Origin: Styela clava | Lineage: Eukaryota | Reading direction: 5' to 3' | DNA length: 64,000 nucleotides | Assembly: GCF_964204865.1 (NCBI RefSeq) | Contig: NC_135257.1 | Span: 12,090,001 to 12,154,000, forward strand | Shown: positions 11,826-23,383 of the stretch, piece by piece | Layout: every line of letters starts with the position of its first letter | Numbering within the stretch: position 1 is the stretch's first letter | The notes under the pieces: generated by a model | What the model saw: the letters and a program-made list of their open reading frames with translations, nothing else | Told to the model about the DNA's origin: nothing | The model's database searches: none | Translations under genes and position numbers: made by a program

Positions 11826-14709
11826 ATGTTATCTTCGATCGGCAGAACCAATTTATTTCGACAGGTGTGTTTGAATAGCAGCTATAGTGTAGGCCTATAC
11901 GATTTGTTTTGTAACCTCATTTTACATTCGCTTTGGGATTTATTGAATATTAATACAAGTCGATTTATTCTGGGGCTAAAAGTCTGTAAACCGACATCTT
12001 ATACAATACCGGTCAGCCGGTACGAATAAATAAATGATATCTTTTGAGATATTTTTTTTTATTTGTTGGCATAGTTGTATTATCGTACTGTATTAGTACC
12101 GGTAGCTATTGAACTTTTCCTATGACAACAAAGATGGGAAGACAAATAGTCAACATCTTCTAAATACAGAAATATAGTGGTATAAATATTTTTCTTCATT
12201 ATTCAGGTAGGAAATGTTGCGCAAAGATTTCAGAGTACCCTTGTGATTGCTGAACAAAATGGTGACACACTTTCTCCAATCACGCTGAACACTATTACTG
12301 CAGCCAGCAAGCTTGGCGGTGATGTCAATTGTCTATTGGCGGGAAAGTCTTGTGCAAAGGTAAAAATTGTGAATGATTCAAAACCTACCCAAAATTTTAG
12401 CCAAGTAAATGGAAATCATATTTTTGGGTTTGTCAATTTCATTTGGCTGTTTGAACAGGTTAAATTTTGACTATTTGGAAAGATTTTTAAAATTGTAATG
12501 AAATAGATAGCAATTACATAACATTTAGAGATGTTTCAAGTATATTTCAATAATTATTCTAGTGGATTCTGTAACTTTCTGTTTGACTTTGTGAAAACAA
12601 ATTTGTTACTGTTCATTTTTAAAGGCTGCAAAAGAACTAAGTGGAGTAAAGGGAGTTTCAAAAATCTTAGTTGCTGAAAATGATGCATTCAGTGGATTTC
12701 TTCCTGAGGCTCTTACTCCTTTAATTGTTGCTGCACAATCTCAGTTTTCATACTCTCATATATTGGCTGGTGCTAGTGCACTTGGAAAGAACTTGATGCC
12801 AAGAGTGGCTGCAAAGCTGGATGTAGCAGCGATTTCTGATATCATAGATATAAAAGCTCCTGACACTTTTGTGAGAACAATATATGCAGGTATAGTTTGT
12901 GATCCTTTTTCTTATCACAAGTTCATTAATTATCTGTAGATAGATTTCATCAGATGTACTCTCGTAGTGTGTGTACCAGGTTAGGCGATAACTTTACTCA
13001 GATTTTCCTTATTTTAGTTCTATTACGAGTTCGGGGACCTTCTGTGTTGGGCAAGTGAATATACCCCATTGCCCATAGACTTCAGCCCCTTTACGCAACT
13101 TGATGTGAGGTAGACGAACAAAATTAGTTACCTCCATATTGGTACACAACACACACTTCTGGAGCGTCGACCAATTATATTCTGATGCATTCTCAGTTCT
13201 AAACACAATTTGGCCAATTATATTTTGAGCTCTTTATTGTTTACATTACTATTAGCACATACTTTTTTTTTCAGGCAATGCAATTCAAACAGTTAAAGTA
13301 ACAGAATCAGTGAAAGTATTAACAGTACGAGGAACTTGCTTTGAAGCAGCAGAAGATGGTGGGAGCGCAACTCAAGAAGGTAGGTATTACTTGAAATGAA
13401 CCTAATATAAGAAATATTTTCCAATGTAATTCGTTAAACTTTTATCACATCACCTCTAGACCATGGGTTCGCAATTATTCGATGTTATGGACCCTTCTGA
13501 TGATATGCCTAAGATTTGTCAACCACTTCTAATAAATAATACGAGACAATAGTTGGTATGTGCAAGTTGTCATAGAGAACTGCCTTGAATTTATAAGGAT
13601 TATATTAAGTCCAAGATTTGCTCTGTCATAAACTCACATAGATAATTTACTGAACTTGAATAAAAAAGTCTGTCCATATGAGCGAGATCTTGTGGCACTC
13701 TGTAGCCTGGTGTATTGAGTTGCCCACGTGAGGAGACCCGAGTAGTTACATTTTTTCATTACGCAAGCAAAGCTCTTCAAGCCCTATAAACTTCCCTGAC
13801 CTCTCCAGACCAAGCCTGATACAACTGCTGTGCAATGCCCTCACTCCACGCACACAGATTATTTCTTACTACTTTTCAGCTTTCACGTCTGATGTTTCAA
13901 ATGACCAATCCAAATTTCTTGGACAAGAACTGAGCAAGAGTGACCGCCCAGAACTCACTGCAGCAAAAACTGTGATATCAGGAGGTAGACAAATCTGCAT
14001 TAGTATAAAATATGCTTACATCCCAGTGTAGTATAAATATAAACTATTCTTTTTATCTTAGTATATTGGTCTCAATTTTGAATAATTGCACATCTTTATT
14101 TTTAAAAGAATGCATATTCAGCCAACAACTTATGCATTGGTGAGAGAGATGATTGAATTTTTGACAAATTTTATTGGCACATAATATACCCTTGCAGATT
14201 TTGGTCTGCATTTTGAAAATGCTTATTATGAAAGTTTTCTGTATAGAGGTAAGTGAAGGGTATTACAAATTTTATTTCCAAATTCAGGCAGAGGAATGAA
14301 GAATGGAGAGAATTTTGAGCTACTCTATACTCTTGCTGACAAACTAAATGCCGCTGTTGGTGCATCAAGAGCTGCGGTTGATGCAGGTTTTGTTCCTAAT
14401 GATATGCAAGTTGGACAGACGGGAAAGATTGTTGCCCCGGTAAGTGCCATTCTGCTTACCGCTAACCGTGGCCCGTGACACCATTTTTTTTCTTTCTAAT
14501 AAATTTACATTGCACTCTTCTTGCAGGAATTGTACATTGCTGTGGGTATTTCCGGAGCTATTCAGCATCTTGCCGGAATGAAGGATAGTAAAACTATTGT
14601 AGCGATTAACAAAGATCCTGAAGCTCCCATATTTCAAGTTTCTGATTATGGATTAGTTGAAGATCTATTTAAAGCCGTTCCTGCGATGACAAAACTAGTC
14701 GAATCATGA
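11826..14709 (+). CDS. ETFA: Electron transfer flavoprotein subunit alpha, mitochondrial, 7 exons, 333 aa
   Basis: Exons 11826-11864, 12207-12359, 12625-12889, 13275-13379, 13880-13984, 14288-14439, 14527-14709; 1002 nt in frame. Motifs [66 protein letters not shown]. Confidence 0.97.
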
Positions 14710-14807
14710 CAGATTAAATGATACAAAGTGACTTTATTAATGCTTAATTCCTAATGAAAAAATTTAAAAAATATCTAATTTATGTCATGCAAGCCTGTTG
14801 TATGTTC

Positions 14808-16097
14808 TCAACTTAGGGCATCCATCTGTTCTTGAATAGTTTCCAGCTAAAAATAGAAGTTGTTAATTAGTTGCCTTACCAGATAGAGTTGGTGCTTTTG
14901 TTCTATTTTGTCTGTCCTACCTTATTATAAAATGCTAAAAGCTCTTCGTGATTAAATTCCATCAGAACATCATGACTGCCTTTCTCACTGGGATCGTTCA
15001 CATTTAGCTGCAAAACTACATTTGGTTCGGTGATTTTTGACTTTGATCCCTGTGCCACTTGCAGATTGAGATGCCAGTCCACTCTGTCAAGCTAGAGATA
15101 TAATAAGGCACATGGATGAGTGCTGAATTGTTTGGCAATCTTTACTATTATAAATCAATTAGTACCTGATTAGCTGTCAATGTCTTTTTCTTCAATCGGG
15201 ACACTATATCTCTTCCATATTTTTGCCAACCCTGTGACAGCATCCCACTACGTTCTTCATCCATACCAAGAGATGACAGTTGCTCTGATAAAATGGCTGG
15301 TTTCCAGCTATGGTATGCTGCCTGAAAATAACATTCTATGGTCATCCTTCAGACATGGGTGGTGGACAGTTTGTTCCAGAATTGCTCGTCTTACCCTCTC
15401 ATATATATGTTTTATTGCTTCAAGCATGTGGTTGACGCTATCTGTATTGATTTCAAGTACTTCAGATAACTTGTATTTCTCATCATCAGTAAAAGGTGTC
15501 TTGTTATCTGTCCCGATACTCTGAGCTACCCGACTAGCAAGTTTTGGAAGCTTAGATCCCTCGGTGGAATTCAGCACATCAATTCCCTTGGAAAATCTGA
15601 AAATAATTATACAGGGTGGAGAACTATTTTAATAATATCCAATATTGGAATAGCTAAGTTCTCGTATGACTTTCCAAGGGAAGTGCAATTGATTTGTTCA
15701 TTGGCAATATGTAGAATGAATGCATGGACATTGGAAGAGTTCGGAATAACAAACTTGATTCTCGTATGACTTTCCAAGGGAAGTGCAATTGATTTGTTCA
15801 TTGGCAATATGTAGAATGAATGCATGGACATTGGAAGAGTTCGGAATAACAAACTTGATTCTCGTATGACTTTCCAAGGGAAGTGCAATTGATTTGTTCA
15901 TTGGCAATATGTAGAATGAATGCATGGACATTGGAAGAGTTCGGAATAACAAACTTGATTTCCAAACTCTTTTTGGACCAAGATTTCAGCAAAATATGCC
16001 CTATTTTTTTTAAAGATCATTTGATTGCAATTCACTGTAGTTTATGGCCAATTCAACATGTATGAAATGGATACCTGATTGATTCCTCGAAGGCCAT
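14808..16097 (-). CDS. COMMD10: COMM domain-containing protein, best matching COMMD10, 5 exons, 196 aa
   Basis: Exons 16097-16075, 15596-15395, 15321-15166, 15091-14921, 14846-14808; 591 nt in frame. COMM domain LDRVDWHLNLQVA...MEFNHEELLAFYNKLETIQEQMDAL; AAYHSWKP segment typical of COMMD10. Confidence 0.88.
15661..15960. repeat. Three identical tandem copies of a 100-bp unit in COMMD10 intron 1
   Basis: ctcgtatgac...aaacttgatt starts at 15661, 15761 and 15861. Confidence 0.95.
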
Positions 16098-16394
16098 TAT
16101 TGAATGTTTCAGATTACAATTTTATTTTTAAATCTGTAAGTTAGAAAATACAATTGATTGGGCACTGGTATAAAAAAGTTTTCTGGGTCGCAGTGACCAC
16201 AACGAAAAAACATATCAACTATATACATTAACAGTTTATTAATCTGATTACCAAGGAGCATCTCCCAATATATAACACCACAGATATATAAAATTCATTT
16301 ACAGACACACTTGACAGATCTGGTGTATGTAACTGGAATAGGTATTATGCTGACTTGAGTTTTAAAGGTAGAAGATCATTTGATAATATAATGG

Positions 16395-17729
16395 TTAAAA
16401 CTGTGAGGAGTCTCTGCCAAAGAAAAACGTTTTCATCCAGTCAACAGGTACTTGCATTCTGAGTTTCCAGTTCCCAAGCCGAGTTAAGTAGGCCGAGCGC
16501 CATAGTATCCAAGAATGGAAACCTTTCAACTTTATATCTGCACCACCATGTGGAAGTTTCATATCAGTAAGTGCAGAATATCCTCCAACATAGGCGAGCA
16601 TGCCCATATTTTGAAATTTAAAAGGTTCCGTTTCTTCACCATTGAGGTATTTAGCTAGCCATCGACCTTTTCTCTCAGCAACTTGTGCTGTGCTAGGCAA
16701 AGGCTTGTCTTTTATTTCGGCGCAGTCACCAAGTGCAAATATTGTATCGTCTGGTGTATCAAGAACACTAAGATATTCATTTGTTATTAATTGATGTTGC
16801 TTGTTTTTCGGAAACTGTAACCTTCTTGTAAAGTTTCTAGGTGAAAGTCCTGTTGACCACACCACTAATCCACATGGTATTTCCTTCCCATCTGTTAATA
16901 CAACCCTATCCTTTTTTACTTCAGAGACTGTTGCTTGAAGGAGTTCAAATTGTTCCCTTTTTGCAATTTTGTTCTCTGCATAATCCCGTAAAAGTTTGTC
17001 GAAAGATGCAAGTATATGGTTAGCTTCTATTAATGTCACTCTAACTATTTTTTGCATATCGCCATATAGAAACGATACATCTTGTTTAAGAAAATCATAG
17101 ACCTCGGCACCAAATTCAACACCAGTTGGTCCACCACCAACTATTACAATATGAAGTAGCCTTTCTTGATCTTCTTGAGTGGATTTCGGTTGCACTGCCA
17201 ACTCAAAGTTGTTTATGATCCTGCTGCGGATCTCACGGGCGTCTTTAATTTCTTTAAGAAAACATGCATGTTCGAGCACTCCCGGTACTCCAAATGTGTT
17301 GCTGACAGCACCGACACCTATAACAAGCTTATCATAATGAAGTTCATATCTGACAGATTCATCCACCTCACTTTTACATAACAATACATTTCTTCTAGAG
17401 TCAACACTCACTGCACTGGAGAAGTGATAATCTTTGCTGTGGCGAAAATGGCTATTCCTCACAGGTTCAATGATGCTTCGAAATTCCAATGTACCAACAG
17501 TTGTTGAACACAGTAATGGAGTAAAAAGAAAATGATTTCTAGGGCTTACTACCGCAACATCGTATTGCTTTTTGTCAATATTTTTGAGAACACTATAACT
17601 TCCCCATCCAGTGCCTAAAATTATGAGTTTTTTTCTTCCCGAATTATTGCTCGATAAATTTCTAATGATAAAATGATTTGTAGACCAAATAGCAGATGGC
17701 CACATTAACGACATAACTTGCCTCAACAT
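16395..17729 (-). CDS. Type II (alternative, non-proton-pumping) NADH:ubiquinone oxidoreductase, NDH-2/NDX-like, intronless, about 444 aa
   Basis: Two Rossmann motifs (ILGTGWGS; IVGGGPTGVE), FLFTPLL, GTLEFRSIIEP, ALGDCA, AQVAER, C-terminal WRSAYLT...DW...FGRD; no EF-hand insert. The track ATG at 17795 lies inside an acceptor (ttttatgcag), so M23 (17729, MLRQVMS..., presequence-like) is the likely start. Confidence 0.93.
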   Translation of the reverse strand: MLRQVMSLMWPSAIWSTNHFIIRNLSSNNSGRKKLIILGTGWGSYSVLKNIDKKQYDVAVVSPRNHFLFTPLLCSTTVGTLEFRSIIEPVRNSHFRHSKDYHFSSAVSVDSRRNVLLCKSEVDESVRYELHYDKLVIGVGAVSNTFGVPGVLEHACFLKEIKDAREIRSRIINNFELAVQPKSTQEDQERLLHIVIVGGGPTGVEFGAEVYDFLKQDVSFLYGDMQKIVRVTLIEANHILASFDKLLRDYAENKIAKREQFELLQATVSEVKKDRVVLTDGKEIPCGLVVWSTGLSPRNFTRRLQFPKNKQHQLITNEYLSVLDTPDDTIFALGDCAEIKDKPLPSTAQVAERKGRWLAKYLNGEETEPFKFQNMGMLAYVGGYSALTDMKLPHGGADIKLKGFHSWILWRSAYLTRLGNWKLRMQVPVDWMKTFFFGRDSSQF

Positions 17730-20504
17730 GATAAATTGCAGTTTAAAGTATGACACACTGTAGTATACAAAGACATATGTCCAGTATGTCTGCATAAAAG
17801 ATTAGATATAGAAATATTAATAAAATATGACATTAATAATATAAAGAGGGCAGACAGCACCAAACATCTCTTTTTTTTGATTGGCTCACTCAATGAGTAA
17901 TTTCAATAAATATGCAATAAATGTATAAAATAAAGTCCATACTCCATTTTGCGTTCATAATCCATTTGTTGAAATTGAGTTTCATAGTTTTTCCAGTTTG
18001 TTTCAGCAGTGATAATTAGTCATAATCATAAAGTTATTTTGATAATTACAATGATATAATACAATAAAAAAAGAAAAAAAAATTAGTTGATGTATAAAAC
18101 TTATCATAAACCTGATTTACTATTTAAAATAATGCTTTACATAAATTCTGTTATTCCTTTTCAAAGGGTTTGTTACTCGGAACTTTCTATACTTTTTCTA
18201 TACATTCATTTTTTTCTGCTTTTTAATAAGGAGAGTATTATCAGGTATTTTATTTTCAAATATTATACGATTTCTGAACTATTGATAACAAAAGAATAAT
18301 TGCATTTAAATCTACTCTACTTATAAATATTAAGGACTTAATAAAGGATCATCAAAAGTCAATACTATACAAGAATCATAATTCATAACAAAATGTATTC
18401 TAATTATTTTAAAATTAAGTAAACAAAATCATCACAAATTTCCTGGGTAAACTCACACTGTCACAAGACAAAAAAAATGCGTGACACAAACCGGTCTTCA
18501 CTGCGTAATATTACAAACATATTTCATTTCCAGCCACTCTTTCAATACTGCAATATCTGGTTTTGTTTATCAAGGACAAAATATCGCCGCCCAACTGCCA
18601 ACGTCTTTTACTGGGTTAACTGTATGTGCAGAGTGCAGTGTAGCGCAGGTTTATCGTGTTTCCCGAAAATAAGACTCGGTCTTTTCTCAATTTTCGTTCG
18701 AAAAATATTTTGGGGGATGTCTTTTATCAAAAACAAAATTACAAAGTGGAGAATTACGAAATTTTAATTGATATTTTCAATATTTTGATCATGGCTAATT
18801 TTATTCGATAATATAGCAAACAACGGCCTCAGGTCCGGTTACCAGTTCATGTCGGATATGAAGAATGTAATTGATACCAGGGCATGTCTTTTTAACACTT
18901 GCAAACATATGGATTATACTCTTCCACCCAACAATGATTTCGCTTTAATTGTAAGTTTAAATAAATTTTATTGTATGATAAATGAGAACTACAAGCACAA
19001 AAGGAACTATTTAAAAACAAAAGAATTTTTAATTGTTACCACTACAGAATCGCGCGTAACATTTTGTAGGGGAGTGGGGAGACCGGGGATAGTCGGAACA
19101 TCTGACTACTTAATCGTAATTATTTCTGCAGTCATGTACCACATTACAACGTCTTTGGCGCACAACGTATCTATGTTATTGCTTCACCTAACAGTAACCT
19201 TTAGTTTCCCACAACGCATTTCGTCTGCAAGAAATTGGACCTCGAATGTGCGCGTGTAATTCGTTCCAACTTGCCCCGAGGACGGGGTAGCTTGGACCAG
19301 TCATGGGGCAAGTTGAAAAGTAAAAGAAAAATGACGAACAAGTTAACAAACTCTAAGAATTTTTTTAAATTCAACCACGGGACTTCACAAAGGATCATAT
19401 GGGGATATATCTACAGCAAAAGTTAGCTTTTCTGCACATCTTGCAGTGCCACCTATGCGCATCGGCGCAGGAAGCTTCTTCGTTATATGTCATCTTTCGG
19501 TGCAAATAGACGTCTTCTTCACGCGGGTACAAAAATGCCACGGCATTGGTTCTTCTCATATCCACTCGTCTTAAAAATCTTGTTTTCATCTCTACTACGG
19601 TTTCTGCGTCGCTCGTACCAGAAACTTCCGGAATTTTTCCGATATGGTGCGTGATGGATAGAAATCCTCGGAATCTCACCACAAAAAATCACCCTGCTCG
19701 AATGATTCGGCCTTTTCCTCTATATCTTCCTCGCTATCATCAGTGGTGTCGTGAATAGACATAACATTCCGCTCATCTGAGATCGATTCATCATTGACCA
19801 TCGAACTTTTCCTGGGGATCTTGCGTTGCATAGTTTTTGTACTGGATGCACTCTTTTTCAGATATCTAGCAAAGCCAGGTCTTTTTCAGAAGTTCGAGTT
19901 AAAATACAGGATTTTTTCTGTTTTCTTCTCACAACGATCTTTCGCACCTGTAGCTTGGGTTTTGTGATTGGTCGGACTATTTCTGGAGTCACTCCGGTTT
20001 CAGACTCGACCTGCGATGGCCCTCGGTTATCTACGTGAACTTCTTCTGGGGGCGGACGTTCAGTGGCCAGAGATGGGGAGAAGTCATCTTCGACAAAAAT
20101 ATTTCTATCCAAAGGGTAGATACCTGTTTTGGAAAACGACCTATAGAAGCTCTGGGCGTTCCCCCTTGTTCGAAATTAGTCGACTTTCTATCGCACCAGC
20201 GTAATATTTTTTGAAAGCAAAAAAGACTGATACATCCAAGAGTTGTAGCTTGTGTGAGCAATGCGGCGGGAACGACAGAAAAACAATCCCATGAGGTCAA
20301 TGGTGCAGCGCACATGGGCCTGGTAATGTGCCAAATATTGGACAAAATTTTCCATCTTCATCCATCCAGAACCGTTTTCCTCCCCGACAGAGCCTGCTGG
20401 GCAGCAATTAGGGAAATATGAGCAAAAATTAACTTTTGGAAATAAGATAATTGGTGGCACAGTGTTTTCAATAGCGTTTACAGCACAACAAACTGTTATC
20501 GTAC

Positions 20505-21136
20505 ATTTCCCAATATCTCTTTAAAAAGCTTATTTTCGTCGCTTCCCACTAAAACCCGCCTGAATTAAGTAGAGCAAACGCGTCCCGACCATACGCCGGT
20601 AAGAAGAGAGAATTTTCCAACAATTTTGAGAAAAAGTTTTTCACTTTTAACGCTGTGGTCAACACGTGATCGATATGCGAGAAAAAGAGTTCTCTTCTGG
20701 ACGAGCTTCACGTCACCTTCAAAACAAAACAAGAGTGGGCTTTTGAAGTGAAGTGATATTTGTTTTATCGAAGAGTATTTGATCGCGTGCTGTCTGGTAT
20801 CTTTGTTTGTTTATTATGAGCCGGAAAACGTTGCTCGCGCGTTTAAAATACTTCGTTTTCAACTAACAACAGATTCTTTGTTTATTTTTAAGCTTTGAAA
20901 TCCTCATACAAATAAGTTTGACCTTGTAGTAAAATGAAAATTATACATCAAAAAAATATGATGACGTCCCCATGGTTAAGAACACTCGGATCCAGCATGG
21001 ATTATAGTTGGATGCTTAAAATGATTACATTTGTTAGTGCCGACAAAATTGAAATACTGGATACAAATCATATCCAAAATTGATAAATTTTCCAAGATCT
21101 TGGGGTTTAGGAGAAAAAGGGTCTCATAGAGCTTAA
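20505..21136. mobile_element. Unclassified insertion within the pogo transposase
   Basis: Transposase similarity stops after EYHFK (about 21135) and resumes near 20500; TTAA-like ends. Class uncertain. Confidence 0.4.
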
Positions 21137-22607
21137 AATGGTACTCGTTCATGATTTCATACAAGTTGTCAAAAAATATTCCTACATTGTGTTCGTTGAA
21201 GGCAGACATCCGTGCTATCGATGTTGATTCAGGTGTTTATACCGATATGTTTTTATTTCTCCTCATAAAATCTGAGAACCAATCACTGCCAGCCTGCTTC
21301 TCTTTTTGCCAGGACTGAGGATATTGTATTTTCCTATCCTCGTGACTCTCTTCTATCGCCCTCGCAAAATCATACTAGTCCGCGAGCCGAGGCCATTTAT
21401 CTTTCAGTTTGGTGGCGCACATAAGGTAACTACCTGAAAATGATTTTAAAATGTTCCTTAAAAATTTAGTAACAAATATTGCCTTGTTCTCACTTCCAAA
21501 AGTTGCACGTTTTACAGAAAAGACTCATACACTACAATAAATATGTGTGACCATCTGTCCTATTTTCTCTGCTTTTTCGGTATCATGGGCCAATGAACGC
21601 AGACTGCTGCATGACGTAACAACCAAATTAGTCAGCTGTAGGTGGATCCCCAGTGGTCGGATGAATATCAGATGTACTACTACTGCTCGCTTTTGCGTTG
21701 AGTAGCCTTTCCATAGTTTTTTTTTCAGTTATTATTAGTTCAGTTATTCTAAGGAGGTGTTGAAAAGTATAAGTAAGATATTAAACACTTGTATAACCTT
21801 ACCATAAATAGCCATTTTAGTTGAGCACTAGCTCATAAGACGTTGTTGAATAGGTACGGTGCGGTAACTCCAAGGAAAGCTAGACCTAGAATAATATATC
21901 ACAAACAACGATATTTTCTGGCTTGCATGAAATGTTTATGATTAATTTAATGACTCTTCTTGACTATTCAGCAGACTTATAGACTATGGAGGACTTACAC
22001 GGGTCAAAACAAAAACGTCCATTTGGCTCCTGTCAGTTGCAAGTCGGATTATACGTTTCCGTTTTGTTTGGCTGTTGAAAATGGTTATTTCGTATTGTTC
22101 CGTTGGCTGTACGTATAGTATATAGACAACGAAATGGATCTTAAGGGGTATTCCACTGATTTCAAAAGATTCGGAACGTCGCGCAATGTGGATATCATCT
22201 ATTGCCTTATTTGCCTATTGACAGAACTGCTTGGTGTCAAGTCCAGAAGCCATCTCACTTGTGTTTCACTGTTTGCGGACAGCACTTCGTTGATGGTGAG
22301 TGATAATGTGGTGATAGTGTGCCGTTATCAATTTCTTTAAATATTCACAAGCTCCCTCATTTCAATGGAAAGCAGATGACAAACTACTGTTATTAGTAGG
22401 CCTAAGAGTGGGCTACTTGCAGTTGCAGACTTGACTTGTGTAAGACAGTAAGGAATTAATAATCAATTGCTATAAGCCTTATAGTATAAGGTATTGTTTC
22501 CCTAATTAGCAGGTAATCTATTACTAAGTGTGAAAGGTTGAATGGATAACTAAAGTTTAACACCACGGGGCCTGGAAAAAATAACGAGAATTCAATTGAA
22601 TTCGCCA

Positions 22608-22814
22608 TCTAGGAATACGCTCGCCACCGCATCTCTGATCACCCTGGTAGTTTCACAGGCTTCAATCCTATGCGGGGATGTGCGAGAGGATTGCAGCTCT
22701 ATTCCCACTGAGGGTGGTTCACATGACCGCTGATCGGTTACGACCATTCCCCACCATCCAAGTCCATGCTTCCGAAAACAAATAACTGGCTCCACCCCAG
22801 ATAAATCCTATCCT
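22608..22814 (+). mobile_element. SINE copy (internally deleted)
   Basis: Matches 6188-6484 and 29210-29498. Confidence 0.7.
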
Positions 22815-23383
22815 AATTAATGGTGCTTGTACAACTGATTCAAAAAGATATGCTACCCGGAATCAAATTCATTTACGACTAGTGGCTGTGGTGGGATATG
22901 GACATAACTTTCAGACTTCTTGATCGTTAAATTTTATGAAAACTCTATCTGTATCCATTATCTTACAGATATCCGTGCGACCAGATGGATGGCAAAGTAT
23001 AAGTTGCAACAAGACCACAGTGGCACAAGACCTCAGCTTGCGTGACTTGATAATACATCCTCAGTTTATGACAATTATTGATTAATACCTTACACGAGTC
23101 AAGTCTGCAAGTAGGCCTAGGCATACCAATTACAGTAGTTTGTCATCTGCTTTCCATTGAAATGAGGGAGCTTATGAATATTTAAAAAAATTGATAACGG
23201 CACATTATGATTCACCATCAACGAAGTGCTGCCCGCAAACAGTGAAACACAAGTGAGATGGCTTCTGGACTTGACACCAAGCAGTCCTGCAATTACAGCA
23301 ATAGATGATATCCACATTGCGCGACGTTCCGGATCTTTTGAAAACAGTGGAATATAACTGAAGATCCATTTCGTTGTCTATAC

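Noticed and set aside
13690-13860. Hairpin and ACA in ETFA intron 4 as an H/ACA snoRNA
   Set aside because: Only one imperfect stem; no convincing H box or second hairpin by eye.
15607-16065. Overlapping ORFs with repeated peptides
   Set aside because: Products of the 100-bp intronic tandem repeat, not genes.
16395-16406. NDH-2 C-terminal SQF as a peroxisomal signal
   Set aside because: Not a canonical PTS1; the analogy with plant NDA C-termini is too weak.
17730-17795. First 22 codons of the 466-aa track ORF
   Set aside because: Its ATG lies within a splice-acceptor sequence; M23 gives a more plausible presequence.
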